From Eledone cirrhosa (lineage: Eukaryota): 64,000 bases of DNA. Position 1 is the stretch's first letter. Each line of letters begins with the position of its first letter. Under the pieces are notes generated by a model. It worked only from the letters and a program-made list of their open reading frames with translations, had not been told where the DNA came from and did not search any database. The stretch is taken from NCBI GenBank assembly GCA_964016885.1, contig OZ024759.1:15686001-15750000 (forward strand). Reading direction: 5' to 3'. Shown in pieces: positions 39,957 to 52,745 of the stretch. The translations under genes were made by a program, and so were the position numbers.

Positions 39957-41158
39957 GATGGAGGTGGGGGAGAGGGTGGTGGTGGTGGTGGAGAGGATGG
40001 TGGTGGAGTAGAGGGTGGTGGTGGTGGAGAGGATGGTCGTGGAGGAGAGGGTGGTCGTGGAGGAGAGGGTGGTGGTGGAGGAGAGGGTGGTCGTGGTGGA
40101 GGAGAGGGTGGTCGTGGAGGAGAGGGTGGCCGTGGAGGAGAGGAAGGTGGTGGAGGAGAGGATGGTGGTGGAGGAGAGGGTGGTGGTGGAGGAGAGGATG
40201 GTGGTGGAGTAGAGGGTGGTGGTGGTGGAGAGGATGGTGGTGGAGGAGAGGGTGGTGGTGGAGGAGAGGGTGGTCGTGGAGGAGAGGGTGGTCGTGGAGG
40301 AGAGGGTGGTGGTGGAGGAGAGGGTGGTCGTGGTGGAGGAGAGGGTGGTCGTGGAGGAGAGGATGGTCGTGGAGGAGAGGATGGTGGTGGTGGTGGAGAG
40401 GATGATGGTGGTGGAGGAGAGGATGGTGGTGGTGGAGGTGAGGATGGTGGTGGAGGAGAGGATGGTCGTGGAGGAGAGGATGGTGGTGGTGGTGGAGAGG
40501 ATGATGGTGGTGGAGGAGAGGATGGTGGTGGTGGAGGTGAGGATGGTGGTGGAGGAGAGGAAGGTGGTGGTGGAGGAGAGGATGGTGGTGGTGGAGGAGA
40601 GGGTGGCCGTGGAGGTGAGGATGGTGGTGGAGGAGAGGATGGTGGTGGTGGAGGAGAGGGTGGTCGTGGAGGAGAGGATGGTGGTGGTGGTGGAGGAGAG
40701 GATGGTGGTGGTGGAGGAGAGGAAGGTGGTGGTGGAGAGGAAGGTGGTGGTGGAGGAGAGGATGGTGGTCGTGGAGGAGAGGGTGGTCGTGGAGGAGAGG
40801 GTGGTCGTGGAGGTGAGGATGGTGGTGGTGGGGGAGAGGGTGGTCGTGGAGGAGAGGGTGGTCGTGGAGGTGAGGATGGTGGTGGTGGAGGAGAGGATGA
40901 TGGTGGTGGAGGTGAGGATGATGGTGGTGGAGGAGAGGATGATGGTGGTGGAGGTGAGGATGATGGTGGTGGAGGTGAGGATGATGGTGGTGGAGGAGAG
41001 GATGATGGTGGTGGAGGAGAGGATGATGGTGGTGGAGGAGAGGATGATGATGGTGGAGGAGAGGATGGTGGTGGTGGTGGAGAGGATGGTGGTCGTGGAG
41101 GAGAGGATGGTGGTGGTGGAGGAGAGAGGAGGATGGTGGTGGAGGAGAGGATGGAGGT
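39957..41158. repeat. purine-rich minisatellite of 18-21-bp GGAGAGG(A/G)TGGT(C/G)GTGGA units
   Basis: Directly visible; it explains the Gly-rich and Pro-rich ORFs. Confidence 0.96.
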
Positions 41159-41563
41159 ATTACTTATATCGAGCACATAGAAAACTGATGCTAACCACAC
41201 CAATTCTTATCAACTAAGCTGCAAGGACTGTTATCATACACACACACACGCACACACACACATATATATGTGTGTATGTGTATCTGTGTGCGTCTGTGTG
41301 CATGTGTGTATGTGTGCATGTGTGTATGTGTGTGTACACACACAAACATATATGTGTGTGTATTTGTGCGTGGGTGTACACACATACACACACACGAACA
41401 TATATATGTGTGAATGTATCTCTATGCGTGTGTATGTATGTGTGTATACATTTATGTGTGGTGTGTATATGTGTGTGCATGTGTGCATATATATATATAT
41501 ATGTGTGTGTGTGTATGTGTGTTTGTATGGGTGCATATATGTGTATATATGTATGTGTGTGTG

Positions 41564-41598
<35 letters not shown>

Positions 41599-41759
41599 AT
41601 GTTTGTATGTGTATGTATGTGTGTGTATATATATATATATATATGTATGTATGTGTGTGTATATGTTTGTATGTGTGTGTGTGTGTGTACATGTGAGAAT
41701 ATGTATGTGTGTGTGGGTGTTTTTGTGAGTGTATGTGTTTGTGTGTATTGTGTGTGTCT

Positions 41760-42890
41760 GGATTTCCCTGAGAACTAGGTTAATGCTACCCATGATATTC
41801 TAATGCTCGGGCACTTGCACGTTGAAATCACGGGAGCAGGCTGTTCTTTGATTAAATAAACTGCAGCGCTTTTCGTTAGAACCGACGGAGGCCCATCATG
41901 CAGATCTTTAATCTTTAATCATAGGTTTACTGCCCAACAATCTTTCAAACCATCGATTTCAAACGAGAATATCAGAAAGCAGTCTCAATTCTATCTATAT
42001 ATCTATTAAAATAACAAAGGTTTTAATGTCATTTCCCTCGCCACTGCTGGGATTAGCCTTGTGAGTCCAATGAAAGGATTTATATTCAATTGTTGGGGTT
42101 CTTTATTTGAAGCAGAGTTTTACAGTGGGATGCCCTTTCTGACGGCAACCTTTTAGTCGCTCCTTACGCCATACTCGGATAAACTCAGCAAAATCTACCG
42201 ACAGCTTTCTTGTCCTGCCGGTTGCCGTCGAGACCCTATGTGTACTCAGTCCCTGAAATGTTGTTTTCCTCCGTAAGATTGGAAAGACAACAGCCCGCCT
42301 GAGGAGGGACCCTCGTGAGGCATGTGTCGCTAGCCAGTCTCCACGGCAATTCTAACGCCATGTTGTCCTGAGGGTGCAGCTGAAAAAAAAACACAGCGCT
42401 CAGAGAGGAGTGTAGAGTCTTTCACTCTCTCAGTCTTTCTATTTATATCGTTGCTTAATTTTTTCTTCTTTTCCTTCATTTTACTTTTTCGTTTCGATAT
42501 TGCCAATTATATTGCGCAGTTTTTATCACATTTTCTTTTTAGTTTAATAAAGTTAAACGAATTCGCTTACGGGACTAAACCAAGTGTAATATACATATAT
42601 ATGTGTGTGTGTGTGTGTGTGCATCTCCCTGAGAAGTACGTTAACGATACCCATTTTTGTGAAATGCTCGGGTACTTACCCTTTAATTTCACAGGTTGTT
42701 ATGTTGATTAATCAACTGCAACTGGACTAAACTAAATCTTATATACATATATATGTGCGTGTGTGTGTGTGTTTGGATCTCCCTGAGAAGTACGTTAACG
42801 GTACCCATTATGGTGTAATGCTCGGGCATATGCCCGTTAATTTTACAAGCAGATTGTTCTGTCGATAAATCAACTGCAACACTCATCATG
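41760..42890 (+). repeat. three degenerate copies of a SINE-like segment (41760-41890, 42622-42725, 42776-42890)
   Basis: Shared T.TCCCTGAGAA.TA.GTTAA.G.TACCCAT...AATGCTCGGG...TGAT.AA..AACTGCA. Confidence 0.65.
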
Positions 42891-44394
42891 AGACAGTGAA
42901 TTCTACCTTCTAGAACTAATCGAAAAATCTCCTTAAATCTCTAATTGCTATCTTTTTTAAAAACGAAGAATATATAAGATTAGGAAGATCTAGAAACACA
43001 ATATGTGGGAGAAAGTTGAGATAGCTCTGAGCGGGAGGTCTTTAATAATTGGTTTACTGCTCAATAATTTTCAGATCAATAAAAGCAATGTTCAGATTTT
43101 CGTGAAATAGCAGGAAAACCACCCTCAAATTACTCATTCCTTTCGTAAATAGTGTTGTCTTATTAGGCTACCATAGTGGGAATTGAACGGTAAATGTTTA
43201 AAAATATGATGACAAATTTATCGATCGACCTTCATAAAATCGGACCGAGGAAACAATGTGTCCGTTCGTCTTACAAATTCCTAATACTATTTATCGGTCG
43301 CAACTCCAGCTGAGGGAGCAACGTGAAATAAAGTGTCTTGCTCAAGGACATAACCCTTCATCAAAAGATTAATAGAAGAGTCTAATTCTGAGCTGCATAT
43401 GTTTTTGACGAAATTTAAGAAAGACAAAACATTTACATAGAGCACCGAACTAGTTTCTTCTATTAATCTTTTGATGAGGGAATTTTATCCCGAAATACAA
43501 GGTCCCATAAAGAACTGCAATGTAACATCCTAACATCATTTTTATCATCATATTTTTAACATTTACTACTGTCCAATTCATATTGTGCTAGCCTTCAAAG
43601 AAAATACTGTTTTCTACACTTTACACAAATACCCGCCGGAAATTACAACACCCTTGTACTTGTTACTATATTTAGGGAAACAATATGATATTAGCTCATG
43701 TAGTTCTAGACATATAATACCTGAGGAAAAAACATTTGGATAGTAATAAGAAGGAGGTCGTTGATCATCGATCTGCTTTCAATGAAGTTTCAATCAATCG
43801 GGGTCAAACAAAGAACACGTTGTGATGACGAATACAAAGACGTTATCTATAGAGTTACTTGAAACTATTGTGTAACTATTGTGTAATAATATACTTGAAA
43901 CAACGACTGAAGTTGTATAGCCCAGCAGGGTGGTAGCTTTGTCGTGGCCAATGGCGAGGAGAGGCTGGTTCGTTTAATAGTAAACAAATGTGTTCCTTTT
44001 GTTTTCTTTCGCTAATGCTTGTTAGTGAAACTAATTTAATTTCCGATTAGCAAAATAATTATTATCCACTCTCGACATCTATTATCTAGAGTATACAACG
44101 TTTTCGCTATCCATCTACATATATGTGTGTGCATGTGTCTACATTTCTCTGTCTCATTTATATATATATATATATATATACACTCACACATACATATATC
44201 TATATATCCAACTCTCTCTCTATCTATATTTCTACTTATCTATCCACTCACACAAATATATATTGCATATATATATATATATCCAGCTTTCTCTCTCTCT
44301 CTATCTATACATTCACACATACATATATTTCATATCTTTCTATTCAGCTCTCTCTCTATCTATCCACACACATATATATCTATCTATCTATATC

Positions 44395-44448
44395 CTTCCC
44401 CCTTTGTATTTGTCCCCTTCTTTTGTGCCCCTGTGGCTAATAAAGAAA
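44395..44448 (+). mobile_element. ~55-bp extreme 3' end of the same Tx1 LINE family inside (TATC)n
   Basis: TATCTATCTATCTATATC|CTTCCCCCTTTGTATTTGTCCCCTTCTTTTGTGCCCCTGTGGCTAATAAAGAAA|CATATCTAT matches the termini of the other two copies. Confidence 0.85.
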
Positions 44449-44472
44449 CATATCTATATATATATATATATA

Positions 44473-44865
44473 CGAGGGTAATCCCAAAAGTAAGGTCTCC
44501 AAAGCGACGGGGACGCAGAGAAACTGTTCTTACGGCTGTTGGCAACACTGTTGTGATTGGTGCTTCCTTCACTCCCAAACAAGCATGCGCGCGCTTCGCT
44601 GGAATCCTCAATCTTGGCTAGGCAGCCGATGAGAATGGAACTCCCGTTGAACGCTACCGCCAAGTGCGAATTTCGCGCAGCTATTATATAGAGGGAAATC
44701 CCAAAAGTAAGGTCACCTTCCGAGGAAAACATGCGTAAAGATCGGCGGATCACTCTGGATGCTCTTTGTATTTTGGTTCCTGAGGTTTCCCGAAGCACCA
44801 TCCACAGGATTTTAACGGAAAAGTTGCAATATCGGAAGGAGACCTTATTTTGGGGATTGCCCTCG
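44473..44865 (+). mobile_element. internally deleted mariner transposon
   Basis: 28-bp TIRs CGAGGGTAATCCCAAAAGTAAGGTCTCC / GGAGACCTTATTTTGGGGATTGCCCTCG with TA flanks. Transposase remnants MELPLNATAKCEFRAAI and DRRITLDALC..VSRSTIHRILTEKLQYRK. Confidence 0.92.
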
Positions 44866-45060
44866 TATATATATATATATATCATTCTTCTACACGTCTT
44901 ATACACACCACGCATCTCAACGTACACCCACTTACATCTCTCTCTCCACCACCGGATCTTGTTACCCGGAGATTTACTCATTTGCATTGTCGAGGCTTCC
45001 AAACGACTTAAAGATATTTACCTATTATTCCACAATGCTTCAAGCAAACTTCAATACTCT

Positions 45061-45129
<69 letters not shown>

Positions 45130-45234
45130 GCATACATAATCATTTAAAAAACAATCTTCAGGCAACAGCGGAGTCTACGTATTTTGTGTATTTTCCGCAG
45201 TAGTTCATGACGCCATCTTTGTTTGAAATTATTT

Positions 45235-45998
45235 ACAGCTACCACACGCATTACTACAACTGTGACTACTACCATTATTACTACTACTACAACAACTAAC
45301 ATTACTACTACCTCTACTGCTATCACAAGTAGTACCACTGTTACAACTATCACTATTGCCGCTGCTATTACCGCAACCATTACTACTACTAGTATTATTA
45401 CCATTTCTACCACCACCACTACTACCTACTACTAACATTAATACCACCAGGACCACCACTATCACAACCGCTACTACCAACATCGCCACTACAACTACTA
45501 TCACGACTACCACCACTACCTCTACTAATACCACCACTACAACTACAAATACTACTACTACCACCACTACCAGTACTACTATCCCATAAATACCATTACC
45601 ACCAATACCACCTCTACAACTACCACTACCACCACTACAACTACGGTTATCACAACCATTACCACCACCACTACAACTACAATTACTACTACTACTACCA
45701 CAACCACCAATACCACTACCACCACAACTACTACCACCACCACCACAACTATTACAACGACCACCACCACTACCACTATAACTACTATAATCACCACCAC
45801 CAACACCACTACTACTACTACTACTCTTACTACTACTACTACCACTAGTACAACAACTACCACCACTACCACTATAACCACTACAATCACCACCACTACT
45901 ACCACCACCACCACCACCATTACAACTAGTACAACAACCACAAACCACTACCATTATAACTACTACAATCACCACTACTACCACCACCAGCACCCCTA
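45235..45998. repeat. (ACT/ACC)n degenerate trinucleotide tract
   Basis: Directly visible. Confidence 0.93.
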
Positions 45999-46487
45999 CT
46001 GTTTACTAGAACTGTCTAATGTCTATACTCCACACAAGAAACAATACTTAATTATTATAGTTTCCAATATAATGAATCCATGTAATGTTTTTTTTACACA
46101 TTAATGGAATGTAATATATTCTATTGTATTGTATATGGCAGTTAACTTGGAATTATACATGTAAATAGTAGACTTATGGTTGTTGTGTGTTATTGTTTAT
46201 GTCTAAGTATATATGTCTCTACTATATATGTGAGTATTATGTATGTGTGCATATATATGTATATATACATGCATATATGCATACAAATATTCATTTATAT
46301 GCGCACACACATATACATACATACATACATTTATATACACATTTATACATACATACATTTAATATTCCCTAGACAAAATGTATCCAAGGCTGTGTGTGTG
46401 TGTGCGAAAATTAAACAGAAAACAACACAGAAAACGAGGCAGTACAAAGATCTATATTTGTTTAACACTTGACATAGCAAAGAAAGA

Positions 46488-46522
46488 GTCAACGTTTCGG
46501 GCGTTAGTCTTTCATCAGAAGC
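46488..46522 (-). ncRNA. diverged minimal hammerhead motif (family A-like) in a pseudo-LTR-like segment (~46403-46600)
   Basis: GCTT-CTGATGA-A-AGAC TAAC GCCC-GAAACGTT-GAC; the helices are partly mismatched. Confidence 0.55.
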
Positions 46523-46759
46523 TAAAATGAGATATAAAAGGAATAGAAAAGGAGCGGAGTGTGAGAACAAACTGGAAAAATATTTCCCAAAACAATAAGG
46601 TTGTGATCTAAGGAAGATTTGGTATCTATTTCTAACATTTAAGAGCACAAAAATGCAAATTTATAAGGCCTTATTTCTTTCAGTTCCTTTCAGGTTCCAT
46701 ATATTTATGTATGTATGAAATAGTAACTCTCGATGGAGTCGTATGAGCGTCATATTGAG

Positions 46760-47030
46760 ATACAGCGTTTCTTGGGCATTTTTTTTTAAACCTTGCGGAG
46801 ACCATCTCCTCTCCAGGTCTGAACACAGCAGATAGCGAGTAAAAGAAAGGATGTGAGAAAGATATAGAGAGAGAAGGAATCGACACCAGTACTAAACTGG
46901 GACATTTTTGTATCAATATCGAAAGAATGAAAGACAAAGTTGACCTCGGAATGATTTGAACAGAGAGAGCAAATCACCAGAACGAATACCGTAAAGCATT
47001 CTATCTGAGGTTATAATGACTCAGCCAATG
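46760..47030 (-). mobile_element. octopus-type SINE, alternative-tail variant
   Basis: GAAAGACAAAGTTGACCTCGG..ATTTGAAC core, plus a tail shared with ~1780-1850. Confidence 0.65.
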
Positions 47031-47871
47031 TTCCACCTCGGGGTCTATAAGCGAGGAATTAAATAGTGAAATTGTTAGAACATTAGATTCAGATAACCTG
47101 CAGCATTTTTGTGCGGATCTTTGCCTTCTGTGTTAATATCCTACTGTGATTTACAATTGTGGTTGACTTAACTCCGTCGCTCGGTTTAACCCTTTAGCAT
47201 TTAAACCAGCCACATCCAGCCATAATTGCCTCACCTCTTTCTGTTAAAACCGGCTGTAACCGGCTGTTCATACTGATGTTAAGGTATTGTTCTCAAAATA
47301 AATTATATCAAAATCTCATAGATTTGATATTATGCGAGATAAAGTGTTTACGGTGAAAATACAATAGTATATGTAGAGTAATGAAAATGCTAAAGGGTTC
47401 ACACTATCCGGTGCCGTTAGTAAAGTCCACTCTGTTGCAAGCCTTCAGGTAAGCTGTGCAATTTTAGGAAACCTTCATCCCTCCCACCAGTCTTGGAAAG
47501 AGATTTTTGCTTTCTAACTCAATCACTCAATCTAGTTCCCGTAACTGATACCGTCAGTCGTTTGTGTGCCAATCAAGATGTTTTACTGTGTTTCCATCAT
47601 GGCATTCCAATGAGTCTTAGAAATGCTTAGCAGTGGCCATCTCCTCCCCAAGCGTTTATCTCCTCACTAAGTTAAGGCTGCCACTATAAACTGCAAAACA
47701 AAAATGCCTATCAATTGTCCATGCAGGGAAATTTGAATGCGGTGACATTTTAGATCAGAGCTTTCTCTGGTTGTTTTGCCAAGACATGCATGCATGGTCC
47801 CGTAATTCTTGGAGAAATCATAGGGACACCGTATTAGTATATGCCGTTTCTAGGGCATCTTTTTAAACATA

Positions 47872-48320
47872 TTACTTACTACTACTACTACTTTGACGCT
47901 AAACTCCGCCAGTTGCAGACTGCGCAATAACATGAGATATCTCTCTCCACAAAGTTCGATCACCAGCAGCAGAGTTCAAAGAGCAAAGATCAAGTCCAGC
48001 CCATAAGTTAACATTGTCAAGCCATCGTTTTGGCTGCCAGCCTCTGCTTCTGTTACCAGTTAACCTTCCTTCCAGGCATAACCTATTCACACCACGAGTT
48101 GATCTTTTTATATGACCGTATAGTTTGAGTACTCTTGACTTGACAATTGATGTAATTGGTCTCAGTCTGGTAATGTTGAGCAGCTCACTGAGACAGATAC
48201 GGTCGCTGAGTTGATTGCCAGACATAAGTCTCATGGTGTGGTTCTGGCATGTAGAGAGCTTCTCAAGTGACCTTGTCGTCCAATTAACACAGTCCAGACC
48301 ATATAACACAACTAGTAACA
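47872..48320 (-). mobile_element. 3' fragment of an RTE-clade LINE with a (TAG)n tail
   Basis: VLYG...RVLKLYGHIKR...LEGRLTGNRSRGWQPKRWLDNV...AAGDRTLWR is typical of an RTE C-terminus; a short 3'UTR follows, then GTAGTAGTAG. Confidence 0.88.
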
Positions 48321-48334
48321 TTATTAATAATAAT

Positions 48335-48526
48335 AATTGTTTCTACTTTTGGCACAAGGCCAGCAATTAATCCAGTGTATTACTGGTACTTTATTTTATC
48401 GACCCCGTAAGGATGAAAAGCAAAGTTAACCTCGGTGGGATTTGAACTCAGACAATAAAGGGCCGTAATTCTTTGCTGCAAAGAATGGCGTCCGACCCTC
48501 TACCGATACTGCCAAACCACCGCCCT
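48335..48526 (-). mobile_element. full-length octopus-type tRNA-derived SINE
   Basis: Head GGGCGGTGGTTTGGCAGTATCGGTAGAG (A-box-like), GAGTTCAAATCCC (B-box), core and (ATT)n tail. Confidence 0.9.
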
Positions 48527-49637
48527 TACTACTAATAATAATAATGGTTTCTGATTTAAGAACATAACAATATACCACAAAGCATTTCCAACGTTCTACT
48601 GATATTGTCAACCCACTGCTCTAGTTACCTAAGTAATAATTGTTTCTACGTTTGGCACAAGGCCAGCAATTAACCCATTGATTGAGTACTCTTGACTTGA
48701 CAATTTTTAATCCTGCCTACGACCATCTCCTCTCCAAGTCTGACTACAGTCAAATTTTCCAGAGAAAGATAGAGAGAGTGAGAGAATAGAAACGAGATAG
48801 AAATATAGAGGAAAAATCGAACCAGAACTTGACTAGAATGGATGAAAGGCAAAGCTGACACAAAGAACAGAAAACTGAAACAAATACCACAAAGCATTCT
48901 ATCCGACATTTTAAAGACTGCCAAGTCGCCGTCTTTTGCCAATACAATATGGCGAATAAAAGAGAAAAAAACAAACAAACTAGTACATTCCTTTATTTCG
49001 TGAGACATCAAGGGGTCCAGTTAGTACAACTATTCTCCCAAATACTTCCTCTCCAACAACACTACCTCCAAATCCCTCCCACTGGAAATAGTTCGCCGCA
49101 AATGATTTTTTTTTTAAATTTTGAAATATTATAACTGAAAATACTTCGATTTCAAAATTATCCGTATTAATGTCAATCAAATGACCCTATTTCCTTTCGA
49201 TCGATCTGAGAAAACCTGAAAAGATATCGAACATGTTCACTCCGCTTCCTGCTGTTCCTTCTAAAACGCACCCACCCATTGATAGAATATAGATAGAAAA
49301 TTGATAGAGACTGATATTGATCGTGTGCGTGTGTGCGTGCGTGCGTGCGTGTAGACACACAGAGAAGCAAATATATAGGTATTTATACATGGAAAAATAT
49401 ATAGAGGAAGAATCGACACCAGTATTTGACTTGAATGCATGTGTATGGATGTGTGTGTATATTTTTATGTATGTATGTGTGTATGTGTGTGTTTGTGAAT
49501 GTGTGTACATACATAGTTGCGTGTGTCTCAAAGGACAAACACTTTTGATTGATTAACATAAATGCAAACATCAACTAAGAATTGGTGTATTGACTGTGAA
49601 TTAAGACGAAAGATCCATATACTTCAACTTATCTGTA

Positions 49638-49682
<45 letters not shown>

Positions 49683-49683
49683 G

Positions 49684-49718
<35 letters not shown>

Positions 49719-49753
49719 CACGATTATTATTATTATTAAATATATACACGACT

Positions 49754-49799
<46 letters not shown>

Positions 49800-50166
49800 C
49801 GTGTGTGTGTGCCGTTAACAGTGAGTGGTTTCATGTCAGCGAGTGATTGGGTGTGTGACAATATTTTTGAGAATATATATAAATATAGACAGATGTGTGC
49901 CTGTGTGTTTTTGTATTTATGCAAGCGTGTATATATGTAGGTACGTACGTATATATGTACGTGCGTGCGTGCGTGCGTGCGTGCGTGTGTGTGTGTGTGT
50001 GTGTGTCATATCACATATTTTGACATATTAACTATATATATTTTTAAGTAGGTGCCTCACTCTCTCTTTCTCTCTCTATATATATATAGTTTCGTTGATA
50101 ACTATATCAATGTGCACAGCCACGCTGATATATTGCCCTTGGTATGACAGTGTAGTGTTGTTTATA

Positions 50167-50213
50167 GGCTCTGATGATACCTGCCATAGGGTATGGATGA
50201 AACACTGTTAGGT
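50167..50213 (+). ncRNA. degenerate type-I hammerhead motif (family E)
   Basis: GGCT-CTGATGA-TACCTGCC ATAG GGTATGGAT-GAAA-C ACT G-TT-AGGT. Confidence 0.5.
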
Positions 50214-50955
50214 AATAAAACAATGTATTTCTAAGCACTCTTTGGTTATTCCTAAACTTATATATATATATATATATATATTTGTGTATATATACACACA
50301 CACAACACATATACAATATATATATTTATATATATGCGTGTGTGCATAATTATGGTTGAATGAAAATTCCATAAATAGTGGAAATTGAAAAGTATTGGTA
50401 GAAACGTCTATGTGGTGTTACATCCAGTACTTAAGCTATGTTTGGCTCCTCAACTTTCACGCAAGTGTTTCGATATAGCATACTTGAAACAGAAGTCAAA
50501 TTTCCTCGACCTGCAAATTAACACATTTAAGCATTCTTCATGTTTCTATCCGCTGAATGAAGCCTGGTAAAATCATCTTCATCTTATAAGAGTGTTTTAT
50601 CAGCATGGAAGTTTATGTAGCAACACAGATCCTTATGTTCTGCTTTAAAATGTCTCATAGTATGTGTGTGTGTGTGTATTTATGTGCGTATGAATGTTTA
50701 TATGTGTGTGTGTGTCCATTTGCCCATGCATGCGCATATAATATATATATATATATTTGACCAACTAGGCTTGGGTTTAGTAAATCTGTAGTTCGTCACG
50801 AAGCGTATGTGTGACAGTGTTAAAATATATTCATATATATATGTGTATAACTATGTGTGTATATATATATGGGTATATATGTGTGTGTGTGTATGTGTGT
50901 CTGACTGTGTGTTTTGTACTGATGCTCCTATATAGCGGTATACATATAAAGTTAT

Positions 50956-51183
50956 GTATTGTATATTGAATAATATACGGGTTGTTTATGAAAAACATTT
51001 GAAGGCCTTTCGCTTTTAGTCTTGATAACAGCTAATCAGTAAGAAACTATACTTTGTCGATTACCTCCCCCTGCTTTTGCTGAGGTGAGGTGAGTGATGT
51101 GTGTCACAACTTTAAAAAATTCATCGCTAAAGGACTTCACATGTTTTTCATAAACATCCCGTATATTCTTCAATATACAATAC
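50956..51183. mobile_element. MITE with ~55-bp inverted arms and a mariner-like inner TIR
   Basis: GTATTGTATATTGAATAATATACGGGTTGTTTATGAAAAACATTTGAAGGCCTTT / AAAGGACTTCACATGTTTTTCATAAACATCCCGTATATTCTTCAATATACAATAC. Confidence 0.85.
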
Positions 51184-51220
51184 GTACACACAGATACATG
51201 CATACATACATACATACATA

Positions 51221-51780
51221 CATGGTGGCTGCTAACTCGTTTTCGAGTACGGCCACTACTTTATATCCATGTAGGAGAACCCCTACCGATGCGCTGAACG
51301 AGTGTGACTTTTTAGTCCAGCCAGCGACTTGAGAACTCTGGTACAAACACTACACTTATGACAATTATTGACATAGTGCTGGGCCCATGGTACCATGTGA
51401 CGACAAGTGCAGAGAGATCTCCATATATAAAGCAATGCCTGTGCCGTGAAGCTTTTATAGTGAGCAAAGGCACTGCACAAAGCCAGTCCCACTCTCTTAA
51501 CCAAGATGATATTTACCAAAAAGAAGAACAAGTCAACATCATTGGATACCATCAGGGTTGCAGGTGTTATATCAGAATTTTCCTTCTCCTAGAATTCTGC
51601 CTTGACAAAGGCTAAGGGGTCATCTCTCCCGGTGATTTTGAATGGCCATTGACTCTTAAGAGCTCCTTTGCCCTTTGACAGGTTTTGTTTTTAGTCCTGC
51701 AGGATGTCCAAAGTCACCCTCCTCACCAAGAAACCTTGGTGGTGTGCCAGTTTAGTCGCCAACGACCCGACCATGAGACA
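51221..51780 (-). mobile_element. RTE-derived bipartite non-autonomous retroelement, copy A (slightly 5'-truncated)
   Basis: RTE 5'UTR-like motif TAGCCTTTGTCAAGGCAG..CTAGGAGAAGGAAAA.TCTGA joined to an RTE 3' end ([26 protein letters not shown]), with a (TATG)n tail. Confidence 0.85.
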
Positions 51781-51794
51781 TACATACATACATA

Positions 51795-52403
51795 CATGGT
51801 GGCTGCCAACTCGTTTTCGAGTACGGCCACTACTTTATATCCATGTAGGAGAACCCCTGCCGATGCGCTAAACGAGTGTGACTTTTTAGTCCAGCCAGCG
51901 ACTTGAAAACTCTGGTACAAACACTACACTTGTGACAATTATTGACACATAGTGCTGGGCCAATGGTACCATGTGAGGACAAGTGAAGAGAGATCTCCAG
52001 ATATAAAGCAATGCCTGTGCCGTGAAGCTTTTATAGTGAGCAAAGGCACTGCACAAAGCCAGTCCCACTCTCTTAACCAAGATGATATTTACCAAAAAGA
52101 AGAACAAGTCAACATCATTGGATACCATCAGGGTTGCAGGTGTTATATCAGAGTTTTCCTTCTCCTAGAATTCTGCCTTGACAAAGGCTAAGGGGTCATC
52201 TCTCCCGGTGATTTTGGATGGCCATTGACTCTTAAGAGCTCCTTTGCCCTTTGACATGTTTTGTTTTTAGTCCTGCAGGATGTCCAAAGTCACCCTCCTC
52301 ACCAAGAAACCTTGGTGGGGTTGCCAGTTTAGTCGCCAACGTCCCGACCATGAGACAGGTTGTACTGGGATACATGTTACCAGTATCACCAACTGGTGAC
52401 CTG
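51795..52403 (-). mobile_element. RTE-derived bipartite non-autonomous retroelement, copy B (longest)
   Basis: Tandem and highly similar to copy A; (TACA)n on both sides. Confidence 0.85.
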
Positions 52404-52654
52404 ACACATACATACATACATACATACATACATACATACATACATACATACATACATACATGCTTGGTGGTTACCGATCTGTCGAGCTTGTTTGTCTACC
52501 AGCATATGAAAAAAATTATACATTTTATAAAAAGTATACAATGTATTTTGGCTGAGGAAGACATGTTTTACTTTACGTTATACATAAAACTTTACATCCT
52601 CGAAATATATACAATGAAATAAATAGAGATGATATAAAATATATATCTTTCGTT

Positions 52655-52745
52655 TTGCCTTTCATCCTTACGGGGTCGATAAAATAAAGTACCAGTAATA
52701 CACTGGGTAATTTCTGGCCTTGTGCCAAAAGTAGAAACAATTATT
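52655..52745 (+). mobile_element. octopus-type SINE 3' half
   Basis: TTGCCTTTCATCCTTACGGGGTCGATAAAATAAAGTACCAG..GGCCTTGTGCCAAAAGTAGAAAC. Confidence 0.85.

Noticed and set aside
39720-41217. Gly-rich and extensin-like ORFs
   Set aside because: A pure GGA/GGT minisatellite open in several frames and flanked by microsatellites.
44885-45060. Possible Penelope thumb-domain remnant (LYTPRISTYTHLHLSLHH)
   Set aside because: The similarity is too weak to call by eye.
48335-48526. tRNA gene
   Set aside because: The A and B boxes belong to a SINE head; there is no cloverleaf.
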